Assembly: GCA_030704615.1 (NCBI GenBank)
Contig: CM060734.1
Span: 15,376,001-15,440,000, forward strand
Origin: Takakia lepidozioides
Lineage: Eukaryota > Plantae > Bryophyta
Length of the DNA stretch: 64,000 nt
Direction of reading: 5' to 3'
Numbering within the stretch: the first letter of the stretch is position 1; each line of letters starts with the position of its first letter. Both the position numbers and the translations under genes were made by a program. The notes below the pieces were generated by a model. That model did not search any database. It was not told the origin of the DNA and saw nothing but the letters and a program-made list of their open reading frames with translations. Shown here one piece after another: positions 26,723-39,140 of this stretch.

Positions 26723-27328
26723 TCAGACTCCCAGAGAACACGGAAGAAAATTACCAATTACAGTTTGGAACTGAGGACAAAAGACACTGAATTCTTCCAG
26801 TAGATCAGTGTGGCCCCGGAAGAGAGTGGCCACTTTCTGGCACACTTCACCAAAGGACTTATCCGTCTTAGAGCCTGACTGAAACTGGCGCATAGTCTCT
26901 AAGAAGGCTATGTATACATGTTTTTCAGCCTCGAATTTCTTCTTGATCTTATTAATGTAATTGATTGCGAGGATTCTGCCCTCCTCTAATGGTGGGCAGA
27001 TTTCATAACCCGTGGGCAGAAAGTCATTGAATCCCAGCATGAGGTCGAGGTGGCCCCTAAATAGATCCTTCACTCTGAACATCACCCCTGCAGTATCCAG
27101 CCTCTGCTCTCTGTAAGAATTCAAAGTTTCCATGAAATCATCGTACTTCGCCAAGTCATCCTGGAATGCCTTTCGCACTGCCATTACATAGGCGTCGGGA
27201 TCAGGCCGCTGCTCTGTGGCTGCATACTCCATGTAGTTAGGCCGACGCGCAGCTACCCTCTTCCCTGCTAACCCGATCCCTCGCGTCGTCCCTGCGCAGT
27301 GCCAGCTCTCGTCCCTCGAGCGTTTCAT
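26723..27328 (-). CDS. Paired amphipathic helix (PAH) protein, Sin3-like PAH1+PAH2 only (201 aa)
   Basis: DAYVMAVRKAFQDD..KYDDFMETL..LDTAGVMFRVKDLFRGHLDLMLGFNDFLP (PAH1) and AINYINKIKKKF..VYIAFLE..VATLFRGHTDLLEEFSVF (PAH2). N-terminal MKRSRD resembles plant Sin3-like proteins. TATAAAT at 27684-27690 (minus); possible 5'UTR intron 27334-27524. Confidence 0.9.
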   Translation of the reverse strand: MKRSRDESWHCAGTTRGIGLAGKRVAARRPNYMEYAATEQRPDPDAYVMAVRKAFQDDLAKYDDFMETLNSYREQRLDTAGVMFRVKDLFRGHLDLMLGFNDFLPTGYEICPPLEEGRILAINYINKIKKKFEAEKHVYIAFLETMRQFQSGSKTDKSFGEVCQKVATLFRGHTDLLEEFSVFCPQFQTVIGNFLPCSLGV

Positions 27329-28093
27329 TGTCCCTGCATTACCAGGCCACCTAGCGCGTCAAAGCTCATCAGAGATGAAAGGACACTCTAAGCAAAAACG
27401 TGGGCTCCGAGCAGCCAACGAAATCATTCAATGCACACAAGATCACAATCCACCTGACTGAGTGCACAGTCGCCAACAACAGGGAGCCAATCAGACTCAG
27501 CTTGCAACCCAACAAATGTTCTACCTTGCTGTTGTCCGAATCACGATCTGGAGAAGGATGAGAGTACCCAGTCCTACACCCGGGCACTGGATTGCAACAC
27601 GAACAGATGTGGAACTACGCCGCGCAACAGGAGACACCCCTGCGCCTCCTTTCGCCGTCAATCCAGCCAGGAAGCTCCCCTCGATTTATAGCCCGCCCTT
27701 TCTCCACTTCTCCCTCTCTCTATTAGGGCAGACTTGGCTTGTGATGTCACCCGCTCCACCTGACCTCATTCGAGCTCTGCTGGCTCCTCCAGGTGGGCCC
27801 CGTCATCTCTCTTGCGGAAAGGCCCGCAATGTGTGCGAGTGCGATCGTCGTCTCCATCTCAATTCTTTAGACCTCTAGGGTATGTTGGCATATGACCATA
27901 CACTTAAGGACGTTTTCATCCCTATAGGATGAAGTTCTTAACGGATTTTTCATGTTCAAAGTTCAATAGATTTTAGAGCATTTAAGGGCATTTAGTGCAG
28001 GCCACTTATGGCCGTTCAACATTGTGTTTTCATAGAGACACGTTTGCTTCTTAAAACGTACAAGACCTAAGTGTCAGGCAAGATGGAAGAGAC

Positions 28094-30293
28094 CACTGTT
28101 GGTCTGGTATGGGTATCAGACCCTGAGTATCAACGCTAGTATCAACCCTGGTATCACGGACCAGACCAGCCTGGTCTTAAGTTCTACAATACCAGGTCAT
28201 ATACCAAACCAGGCTGGTATCCGTTTTCTCAGACCAGCCACAATACCACTACCCCATGCCGTCTTCCTCATTTACTCTGGTATGAATATTATACTAGTTT
28301 ATGTGGACGTACATATACTTATTTACATTTAATTTATGTTTATTATATTTCTTTTCACTTGATATTTGATAAACTTGCAAGTCAAATGGCTTTTTGGGCC
28401 TCTCTCAAGTCAAGGACATTTGGACCAATCAGCAATTCATTGACCTCAATTCCGCTGCCCAGAAAGTGGGCCTGCCTCGAGCCTCGGCAGGTCTCCAAAC
28501 CGTAATAGCTTCTATTCCCCCCCTCTGGCTAACCTCCCTCCAGTCGGGCCCTCTTGTTCCCCATTCTTACTACTAGTCTCTGGGTATTCTAAACAATATG
28601 CTTCACATTTTCTTCATCATGGAACGACTCACTTGAAGATTCCTCATAGATCAAGTCACCATGACCCTCACCATGCAATGCAATAACCCTCTTACCCTTC
28701 CCTCCTTTCCTCATACCCCTGTCAGAATTTGTCCCCTACCAAGGATATGAATCCAACCCCTGATTCCTCTGTCCCTGTCAATACCTGGCTCGCATCCAAC
28801 ACCTTTGTATGGAATTCCGGCTGTCCCCTGGCAGAGCTCCAATTCGATCCCAGTGAATGGGCCTGGTCTTTCAAACGAACCCCAGAACCTTTCTTCCTAT
28901 GCACCACAAAAAAAGCCTACAAAGCCCTTGTCTCTCCGCTCCCCCTCTCAGCCAAATGGAATGAAAAATGGGCATCCTATGGGAAGACCATCTGGAGCTC
29001 CATCTGGGCTAAATCCAGGCCAGCAAAAATATCGGCATTTCTCTGGCAGATTGCAAATAGAGCTCTTAAGGTAGGTGAATGGCTCCAACATGCACTCCTC
29101 TGTTCCTGCTGCTCCTCTGGCATACTCGAAACTCTGGAGCACTGCCTCCTTTTTTGCCAGGCCCCTGCTAGAATTTGGCCTATTGCAAAACAATTCTATT
29201 TGGATTGGGATGACCAGCCCCAGACACCTATCAGCCTCCTCCTTAATTATGACATGGGTTCCAAAAACAAGGCCTTTCACTGCCCTATTTTGAATGCCTA
29301 AGAGCCTCCACGCTTTGGCATATCTGGAAGGCTAGATGTGCCTAGACTCTCTCAGGTAGGACATGCTCAGTTTCCTCTCTGCTATCTCGAGTGTATTGGG
29401 ATCTTCAGATTGAAGCAAGGAGGGCATGGACTAAACTTTGTGCAGATATGGCAAGGAAACCCCAGCAAGCAGACGCACTCCACTCAGTCTTCCGATCTAT
29501 CTGGGCCAGAAATGGCCATATATGCAGGAGCCCCTTTCCATCAGACTGCTCCTGGACAATGCTGACACTAGCCACCTGGAGAAACATCAGAGCACCCCTC
29601 CATCGTGTCGCCAGAGTTTGAAATAGAGATCAACTGGTGCCACATCCGTGCATCTAACAAGCTTCACTTCACTTAGGCAGTAGCAATCTAAATTTGTCTT
29701 TCAACGTCTCTTATCTCCTCCCTTCCTAGCACTCTAAGGCTGATAGCCTCAACCCCCTAGTGTAATCTGCAATCAGTAGACCCCATCGCTGCTACCCCCT
29801 TCTCCTACTACCTACTCACTCCATGCTCGTAGATTACTCTTTCAGGCCAAAAGCCTGGTTCTTCATAACCCCCTAAGGGATATGCCCGTGTAGGGTTTCT
29901 TGTTGACAGAGTCTCTGTCACTCCGTTCAGGAGGATGGTTCTTTTCTCAGACAGCTCCCCTAGGGAGGTTAGTTCGATGATCACTGATTATGGTGTATAT
30001 ACCTCTATGGTGTTCAACGGGGTTTTAAATTTTTCCCCCCAATAAACTTAATAAAATTCTGCCAGGGCACCGGCCCTGTTCTCTTAAAATTATTTAAATT
30101 TTTAAAAAAAAAACTTTGGAGTGATACCAGAATTAATATCTCATACCAACTGGTATTGTGGTCCTGATACTCATACTCATACCAATATCTGGAAAAAAAA
30201 AATACATCGACCAGACTGGTATAAAAGTTTTGTGATGGGGTTGGTACCAGGACCAGTCTGGTATGTAAAAAACCTGATACCAGACCAACACTG
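28094..30293. mobile_element. Non-autonomous hAT DNA transposon with a nested LINE
   Basis: 17-bp TIR CA(C/G)TGTTGGTCTGGTAT with 1 mismatch. Perfect 8-bp TSD GAAGAGAC (28086-28093 and 30294-30301). Subterminal TGGTAT/ATACCA repeats. Confidence 0.92.
28380..30113 (+). mobile_element. L1-type LINE 3' end (ORF2 C-terminus, zf-RVT), 5'-truncated
   Basis: IWSSIWAKSRPAKISAFLWQIANRAL..CSCCSSGILETLEHCLLFC..W (zf-RVT). AATAAA signals and poly(A) at 30104-30113. The 5' boundary is approximate. Confidence 0.85.
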
Positions 30294-30633
30294 GAAGAGA
30301 CCCTTAACTGATCAAGGCATTGGGAAATCTGGCACGTGTAGTAATAGGTAGTGATACATCTGTCCACAAAGGTATGTGGCGAACTATCACACTATGTGCT
30401 CATAGGCCTTTGTTTGGTGATACCATACACTACTAGATTCTCGTCCCATTCGATAAACACGTACATGTAGAGTATTCACACACTCAACTTTTATGTAAGA
30501 ACCGAATATACTTCACATGTACGTTTCTTATAACAACCACTTTACTTTCTTACCACAATTGAATAGACAAAAACTTTCCTTCCTTATAACAACCGAATGG
30601 TTTAACATCTGGCCTGATTTCCACTCCCTTCCA

Positions 30634-30678
30634 GTCGCGCACCTTGCTTTGATAAACTCCCCTTCAAGTCATAGTTAC
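30634..30678 (-). repeat. Inverted 45-bp fragment of the chromovirus LTR U5 end
   Basis: gtcgcgcacctt..taaactccccttcaagtcatagttac is the near reverse complement of 31350-31394 and matches 57963-58007. Confidence 0.85.
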
Positions 30679-30680
30679 AT

Positions 30681-33005
30681 TGTCACGGCCCTTTGCCTTG
30701 AGGGCAGGAGGTTGGGACAGAAGAGGGGTTGCCCTTGTGGTGGGAGAGCAGTACGAATGGGGGCTGGATGACCAATGAGTGTCGAAGGCACTCAAGAGGG
30801 CGGAGGCAGTCACTAAGTGGAGCCCCACAACCGGGTTGCGGTGGGGGTTCCGAGTGGGGTGGTCGTAGCATAGGGAGTCATAGTGGGGTGGCATAAAACT
30901 CACCACAAGGCTGAGGCCTTGTGATGGGAGTCGTGGGGAGTCTTGGGGCTAACCACGGTCCATTGGGGCCGTGGTGGGTGGGCCAAGACGCATCGCAACT
31001 CATCACAGGGAGTTGAGGTTCACGGTGGTGGTTTACCAAAAAAAACTTGGGCAGTTTGTGAGACCCCCGCTGACACCTCCAGAAGTATATATAGGGAGTA
31101 GTATCCCCGAGAACGGTGCAAACCTGTTAAGCGACCAATAGTTATTGAAGCAAGCAAACGAGCCGGAAAGCGATCACAGTGTGGGGAGCTATTCCGGACT
31201 GCCTACGACCAAAGGGAATTTCCACTCAACCTGCATAGTCGAGGGTTGTGCGGGGGAGCAAGGACAAGACCGTTAGGTCCCGATGAATAGCCGAAACTCC
31301 GAGTTGGCCTGACGACCAGTTTGGGAGTTAAGCGCGCGCATCAAAACGAGTAATTATGACATGAAGGGGAGTTTACGGAAGTGAGGTGCGCGACACGTGG
31401 TATCGGAGCCTAGAGTTGAGTACGCGATCGTCCTTGAAATTGGCCTCACCATGGGGTCGGACAAAATCAAGCAAAAGCGGAATTGCCCGAAAGCCGATGA
31501 ACCTAGTGAGCCCAGTGGGGGTGACGCGATGTCAGAGCAGCATGGGGAAAGAGAGAAATATCTCTCAGAGGATAATGTTGCCAAGATCAAGGGCCACCTG
31601 AGGAATCGGAGCCCAAGAATTTTGCCGAGCCGACCATCTCAGATGCCGCCGACATTTTGGAAAATTTGTTAGCTCAATTAGGTGGGACTTTAAAGGATGT
31701 GGTGAAAGCCACCAATGTCACTTCCACAAAAAAAAAAAATCAAGATGAAGCCTAAGGAGCACGACACTTATGAGGGTGTCCGAAGTCGAAAGACGCTCAA
31801 TATTTGGCTCCTTGAGTTGGAGTAGTATTTTTGAGTGGCCAAGCTAAATGATGAAGACCAAGTGGAGGTGGCTCCCACCTATTTGAGGAGCTATGCCCAA
31901 CAATGGTGACGAAAATGCCTTCAAGACCCAGGACCCACCTCGGAAATGATGAGTTGGAACGGCTTCAAGGAACTCTTGAAAAAATAGTTTGTGCCTCTCA
32001 ACGCATCTTGGCTCACCTGGGACAAGATGAGAAACTTGAAGTAGACGGATGAAATTTGGGGTTACTTTTAGGCTTTCAATGTGTTGTTGCTCGAAGCCAC
32101 AGATATGGCGGAACTAGAAATGGTCTTCAACTTTGTGGCAAGACTGGCTTCATGGGCCAGGCGGAAGTTGGAGGAGAGGCCACCAAAGACTTTGAATGAG
32201 GCAATTGAGAGAGCTGAGTGCTTCTTGGATGTCCATACGGACGAAAGACAATGTTGTACGGAGCCGAACCATAAGAAGCTGCGACGAGAGCGTGACTCAT
32301 CCCGGTTGGAAAAGAAGTGGGATAGGCCACGTGGCGATAAGGGCGTTCGGAAACCAAAGGGAGCTTCCCTTTGCACGCCAAGGTGACGTTTGGTGCTTCC
32401 CGCAATTAAAGCACATTCCATCAAATGTTGCATTTTGCCTGCCATGTGCCATCGCGCCTGATTTTTCTTTTGGACTAGGCACATGGCCAGAAAGTGCCCA
32501 GATCCAAGGCGTCTGAAGATGACTCGAGCACCCACGGAACTGTCGGAATACTCAATCAACCGTTTGGTGGAAGTGGTCGCCCAAACTTACAAGGTAGGCA
32601 GCACACTTGCGAGTTGTACCAGGAAGTGGGAGCTTTCAGTAGCGGATGCCGGCTAATGTTCGTGTAAGTGGGGAATTTTTGGAACTAACGTTTTGTTGTT
32701 GGTGGACACAGGGGCGTCGCACTCCTTCATGACACCGGCAACGGCACGGAAGTTGGGGCTCCTGACAATTGACGTGGGGGCCTCTATTGAAGTGCGCTCT
32801 GCCAAAAGAGAGCCACAAGTGGCGACGAGAGTGGCATTCAACATCCCTCTCCAACTAGGAAGTAGGGAAGGGTGTGAGGACTTCACAACTTGCGAGGTAG
32901 ACGGAGTCGACCTCATTTTGGAAATGACATTTTAAAGCAAACATGGAGCAGTCATAGATGGCCGCAAGAAGTTGGTCACGTTGCCATGTGGGAACGGTAG
33001 CAAAG
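30681..33005 (+). mobile_element. Galadriel-like chromovirus copy C (older): 5' LTR, PBS, decayed gag and protease, truncated
   Basis: LTR TGTCACGG (30681)...GCGACA (31395); PBS TGGTATCGGAGCC (31398-31410). Gag and protease ([11 protein letters not shown]) homologous to copies A and B, with many stops. Confidence 0.92.
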
Positions 33006-34589
33006 TCTATAGACAATATGAATAGGAAGTAGAATACAAGCAAACTTGTGTTTGTATGATGATAAACTGTCATATATTTGTGGGTAATGGGCATGAGCAC
33101 CGAATAAAGAAGCAGGAAAATGCACTGTTGCATTCAACATGATAATCAATAGTACCTAGTAGTTTGTATATTATAAGATGATTTGTATGATGGTAAACCA
33201 TCAAGTAACTTTGAGTAATGGGAGGTATCACGTAGAGAAAAGGCATGAGAGTGCACGTCGCCACACTCATCCGCACAAGCCAATAGTACCAAATAGTATT
33301 GAGTTGGATTACATAGGAATATGTGTTGCGATCAAAGGCAGATTGCCAATAAGCTTCATTGTTGCAAGGGAGATTGTTCTCCATTATGGAGAAGGTCTGC
33401 CAACCTACGAACACTATATGGTTAGTGTAGATGGTTGGAATGTGCAACAGTGAGTTGGCATTGCCACACTTCGTCCAGATTTCTGTATGTGTAGGTATTG
33501 TAGAAACGGAAATAGTATATGACAAGAGAGGTGTCCAAATATGCTTGTGATTATAAGAGGCAATATTGGGCAATCTTACAGCACTACTGCAAGAAATAGC
33601 GTTCTTCATCAAGTTGGGGGCCTGCAAACTAGCTATATGTAAAGTAAAGTTGGCAGTGTAAATGATGCAAGAATTCAGTATTGAATTGGTCAAGTTTAAA
33701 TCATATCATGTCCTACTGTTTGTAATCAAATTAGGTGGAGAGAGGGTGTGGCATGACCGGAGTACAAGTTGGGTTGTTGCTGTAGAGCTCGATTTTGAGC
33801 CAGGCTCTTTGGTTGTTGCAAAGGGCGTCATGCCCCTTCCTATTGAAAGTCTGCAAGCTTGCAATGAGTGTGGAATTGTGAGTGTCGTAGTGTGTGTAGA
33901 AGATGCATACAACCTGCCTAATTTCAAAATTGAGCAGTGATGAGCTGGCAATGTCAGTCTTGTTCCAATACTTAGTGTTTGTGGAGTGTGAGAAAGAGAG
34001 TGAATACATCAAAAAAGAAGTATACTTATGGCCCTATTGTTGTAATCCGTGGCGGGTGTAGTGTACACCTAGTCAAGCTTAAAGCTTGGTTAGTTTCCTA
34101 CATGCTTCCTCATTAGTCAAAATAAACAACAAAGGCCTCATGACTAAGGTAAGTAGTCCACTGAAGCATGGTTAGAGACACCCCACATGGTTAGTGCTCC
34201 CTCAAGGTTAGATCTCTTCCTCCCTCATGACAACCACAAAGGTTCAATCAAAATCCCATGGGCCTTTTGGCCGCTCTAGGGTTAGTCCCTCTCTTGCATT
34301 GCAATGAAAACTTCCTCGTAATTGATTAGTACACACTCTTCCAAGCTCTCCTCATTACTCTCTTCTGTGGTTAGTGGGGGCTTGTCAAAAGAGCAATACA
34401 ACAATAAAACAAGAAAGCAAGAGCAAAGTAAGCTTCTCTCCTTTCTTGAGGTGCGCCCAACTTGCTCAATGGATGCTACCAAAACCTAGTGAATGGGGTT
34501 AGTAGCTCACATTTCTTTGGGGTTTGTTGCTTACTACCTCCATTCTCTCCTAGGGGCTCACCTCACTCCGAGTTTGCAAGGTACACTAT

Positions 34590-35075
34590 CTTTTTGGGGG
34601 AAGTTCTATATGATGAAAAATCTGATCCAGATATCCATCTCAATCAATTTGAAAACATGTGGCACCATTTACAATGAATCAACAGATCAGGAGAAGATTC
34701 GGTTGTTTCCTTGCTCAATGGCCAGGAAGGGCATTGAGTGGTTGGCAACATTCCAGCCAATCATTTTGAAGCTTGGGCTGATATGAAAGCAGCTTTTCAA
34801 GAAAGGTATCGATCCAACAAATCCACATTTGAAATCTTCATGGGATTACAAAATCTAAGAAAAAAGAACTGGTAGTTGACTACTTGGAGAGGATGAAGAC
34901 TATGATCAAGGAAGCTACCTCAAGCACTAGGGGATGACTTACAGAAGTCATGGTTCATCAATGGACTCCGTACTCCTGAATATGTAACTATGGTTACAGC
35001 CATGCCTAACAACACTTTGGCTGAAGCAATGGGCACTGCAAAGAAATTGGAACTTGGGCTCCACCAAAACAGAAG
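34590..35075 (+). pseudogene. Retrotransposon gag fragment related to the gag at 54428-56572
   Basis: DPDIHLNQFE..EKIRLFPCSM...EW..QKSWFINGL..NTLAEAMGTAKKLE parallels DPDVHISQFE..KMRLFPCSL..QKTWFVSGL..NTVEEAFETANKIE. Confidence 0.75.
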
Positions 35076-37073
35076 CAAGGATTTTAGAACATTATGTCCA
35101 TTATTAACGGAAATTCAGACCTCATGCCTCATAAGACACAGTGCATTGGGGAGGGAAGGCGGGATACTTTGAGAGTCTTACCACTGGAAATGAACTGGAA
35201 GAGAATACGAGAGGAGTCCAACGAGGTGACAATTCTCCCTCCTCTATTTTCTTGACTCAATATTTTTTGTGCCTTGGATCTTTCAAATGTCTTCCTTTTC
35301 TCGTTGACCTGCAAGTTTCTAGAACCTCCACTGTATAGCGGACGTTCAGTTTCTGACACGTTTGGGGTTGAGACAAACAACTATTCGGATTGAAGTATTT
35401 ATGCCGTACCTGTGCATAACTTGGGTGATCCTGGGTTTAATCCTTCAACATGTGCTTTCAACTGTCCATTGGCCCATCGATGGGCTGTGTGTTGAGCACT
35501 AGGTTCTTTAAATTCACTTGACGTTGAACAAACTTTACTTTATTTTTTTTTTTTCACTTCTTTATTTCTTGGCCTCATTACTATGAGAGAGTCCGTGGGA
35601 GACTCAACTGTCCTCACAGAAGTCTTCCATTATGAGGATCAGAAATTTCATTGACTACAGAATACAAGTCATTGTCTTTCTTGGGGAGAGAATATCCTGG
35701 GATGGGTACTCGCGCATGCATGAAACTATTGATCCAAGGAATTCATTCATTCATAGGTGTGGATGAAATATTCCCATTACACCTGTCTTGATCTAATTAG
35801 AAACTTAGTGCGTGCATCAAAACCCCCTTTGCTAGTCCTGTCTTAGAAAGGCAGGGCCAACAAGATTGACCCCATGTCAAACATTCTGTTCTTTTTTGGG
35901 GAGAGAGAGGCTGGATGAGAGGGAGCCGTACAATTTTCGTTCAGAAGTCATCCACATCCAACAGCATATGTGAATGCTGTGAAGATTCCGCCAACGGCAG
36001 CAGAGTCGGGAGATTAAGGGTTAATAGAAGATGAAGTGAAGATCTTGTCGTCCAGGATGCTATCCTCCTCCTCCTCATTTCTGTGTATCCAACTGCATCA
36101 TTGGCTTGGTATCATGTACATGCTCAGCAAAGTGAGGGATTTCCACCAGCTCAAACCTTCCCCATCACCCAAGATATTCTCTTGAAAAACACCCAGTTCC
36201 TGCTCCTCTCAAGGTTGTAGAACCCCACTCCAACTATGTTCTCAACCCCGTGATTCGAGGAACCGAAGCGTCTTCCTCTTGATAAATTGTAGAAGGTCGA
36301 AGTCATCTACCCTCAAGTCCTGTCATGAAGCTGAGGGTCTTCTTATTACAACACTTCCACCCATTTTCTGAGCATATTTGCCAGTATGGAGGAGGCCTCT
36401 GTATTGGCTCTTGACATCTGCTCCTTCAATACATACCATCACAACCTTTTTGGTTTAACTTATCTGCGAGATGAGAAGTGCTGACCATCAGAAAATTCTT
36501 GCCAGAACAGTACCTTATGATGTGTAACTTTGCAGTCAAGCAGACTTCTTGAATGGAGCAGTCTCCCAAAATACTGGAGGAAGACTTTGAATCAGGTGGA
36601 TGATTGTATCACCCTTTGAATCAGGTGATACAATCATCTCCAATCAGGCATCCAACACAAACAGTATAGATAACCAGTATGTCTTTTATGACCAAGGCCA
36701 ATGCCGTGCAAAACCTCGGGTTGCATTGAATCAACAAGTTGCTAGGAACTAGGAAATACCTCAACAAATCTGGAAGTGCAATATTTATCTCTGCACTGGC
36801 TGCGCTTCCACATTCGCCTTTGCCAGCAACATGCCATCTTCTTTGGCGGTTGTTTTCCTTTCCCCGTTCTGTTCTGTCACCCTCCTGTCTGCAACAGCCA
36901 GCCAGGGCAACCGGCCAGGTAGCCAGTTCTATGGTGATGTTGGAACTAGGGTCTGTAACAAAGAAATCGCTTCACCAAATCAGGCTTATCCCCCAGGGCT
37001 GCATTGTCCCAGTAGCACTGCTGGTACATTCTCCGTCATGTTTCAAAGTGCAGGGCATAAGTTGACATACCAA

Positions 37074-38120
37074 TCATGATAATTCCAAAAGTGAAGACAG
37101 ACTATCCATCCTCATAGAGCCTTGCCATGGAGAAGCAGTAATCTGCTGAACTACAATAATCCGAGCTTTATTGAGGGTCTCACAAGAAAACTTGATGTGC
37201 CCTCGAAACTCTTGCAACTGCGACCGGAAACTTCCTTGATGTTTTCTGAGCTGGTCTGCTACCACTCTCACTGCACGATAGTCTTCCCTTCTCTTTTCAC
37301 AAAAACAAATCCGACTCTTCGTGCTCTCCACGTCGTTTCGCAAGCGCGTTACCAAACAGTTGACGGTTTTCAACACCTGGAAAATAGAGTAGGTTCCTTT
37401 GCTAGCTTCCTCTAACTGGGCGTACTGAACTTCCAGCTCAACATTGTCGTATCGATGCTTAATAGCCCTCAACCTTGACCTCCAAGAATCCAGTGAAATC
37501 TTAGCTGCACCAGGCTCTGAGATTCCAATACACTTCATTGCAGCGGGCACTGCAGCACAAACTAACAGCGGTCCACCATTAGCGACTAGAAGAAATGGCA
37601 CAAATTTCTTCCGCCTCTCATTTCTTCGGAGCTTTGTGGATAAAATCGTCTTCATATGCTCCAGCTGTATGCCCATCTGATCATAGTCATCATGAACAGT
37701 CTGAAATTGGTCAAAGTCTTCCCTGGAAAATGGATTATCAGTGGCTGCAAATTTACCGAGCTCCTTCAACACCTTTCCGTGTATCCTTTTGCTAGGGTTG
37801 TCCCCGCCCTCAGACACAAGTTTGAGGGCCTCATCAATGCTCTTCTGGTTTTGTTTGGCTCGAATGATGCTTCCAAGCAATGCTCTATACATATCCGACG
37901 CCCTCTCTGTCCGATCAAAGTACAATTTCAATAGGTCGCGAACCTCTGCACTTGGCCATGTGCTTTCCCCCTCAGAAAACATCCTTTCGACCTCTTTACT
38001 GTCAGGCTTCAAGAGAGATAAAGAATCAAGCTTAAAGGATAGGTCGTCGCCAATCTCAATGCACGAGTTGCTAAGGATGGTCTCGTTATCGACACCGTCG
38101 CTGCTCCCGTTCGATGTCAT
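37074..38120 (-). CDS. UPF0496 / DUF677 (At14a-like) family protein, intronless, 348 aa
   Basis: LLKLYFDRTERASD..LLGSIIRAK..VLKELGKFAATDNPFS..FQTVHD, a hydrophobic segment and KGTYSIFQVLKTVNCLVTRL. Clearly similar to the neighbouring paralogue. Confidence 0.85.
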   Translation of the reverse strand: MTSNGSSDGVDNETILSNSCIEIGDDLSFKLDSLSLLKPDSKEVERMFSEGESTWPSAEVRDLLKLYFDRTERASDMYRALLGSIIRAKQNQKSIDEALKLVSEGGDNPSKRIHGKVLKELGKFAATDNPFSREDFDQFQTVHDDYDQMGIQLEHMKTILSTKLRRNERRKKFVPFLLVANGGPLLVCAAVPAAMKCIGISEPGAAKISLDSWRSRLRAIKHRYDNVELEVQYAQLEEASKGTYSIFQVLKTVNCLVTRLRNDVESTKSRICFCEKRREDYRAVRVVADQLRKHQGSFRSQLQEFRGHIKFSCETLNKARIIVVQQITASPWQGSMRMDSLSSLLELS

Positions 38121-38822
38121 TTCGCGCCCTCGGTGGCCGCCTCATACTCGCAGCCTCAGCTACAATCATTGCAGCATGCGCTTAACCACATGCCAATCCC
38201 AAGGCACAAGAAGAAGAAAAATGCAAGCAACTTACAGCTCTGTAAACTTCTCGACCATAGACGCATCCGACACCATCGCAGAAAGAGAATTAAGACTACC
38301 TGTTTCCCGGAGCTGAGATCAATCTTCTAGTTCTCTACAAATTTCGAATGGATGTCTGTTTCCGAGATATGCGATCAGTACTAACATCTCACCAGTCACT
38401 GAATGCCAAAGACTTGAATCCGAAGCCATGACTCTCACAGAAACCCTAAATCGCAAGACAAGAAACGCGGTGCCAAACAGGATAGACGAAGATCGACATA
38501 CTAACTAGCTTTAACTATTTAATTTCATTTCATTTCCTGTCAATTAGCTTACAGTATTATTACGTACTGGCCTCCCCAAAATTTCAGTCCGGGCAGCGAA
38601 AGGGGCAGAATGGCCCGGCCCTGACCGTTCCATCGCGTTATGGTCAGCTACAGAAACTGCCCGAAACAGCCAACTTACTCGGCATTCTGCGACCTGCTGG
38701 GGCATTCTGCGACCTACTCGGGCATTCTGCTACCCCACTCGACTCGAATATTCTGCCATTTAACGGAGGGGCAAAAATGGCAGAAAAACCACCTCCTGAC
38801 CATAACAGTACTACCGTACTTA

Positions 38823-39140
38823 CCTAGCTTATTAGGCACTTCCGCGCCTAATAATTAATACAAATGGATTATTATTATTATTATTATTTTTGGTTGAATA
38901 TTATAAGGCAGATTCGTTTTTATTATTTAGGCACCTCACCTAGGTAATTTCCAAACATTAGGCATGTATTACAGTCGACCCTATTGTTGAGGTAATTTTC
39001 TCTTAAGAAAAACATAATGGTTTTGAAAATAGATTCCAGCAATTAGGCACTTCTCAGGAAATTTTTCCAAGTTTTTTCAAAAATGTTCTAAATTTAATTA
39101 GACACTTGATTTTAAATTAATTATTGCCTAATAAGCTAGG
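38823..39140. mobile_element. Tc1/mariner-type MITE
   Basis: Perfect TIR CCTAGCTTATTAGGCA / TGCCTAATAAGCTAGG flanked by TA on both sides. AT-rich interior with TTAGGCA repeats. Confidence 0.85.

Noticed and set aside
38551-38818. Possible MITE with GGCATTCTGC repeats
   Set aside because: Terminal inverted repeats too weak to support a call.
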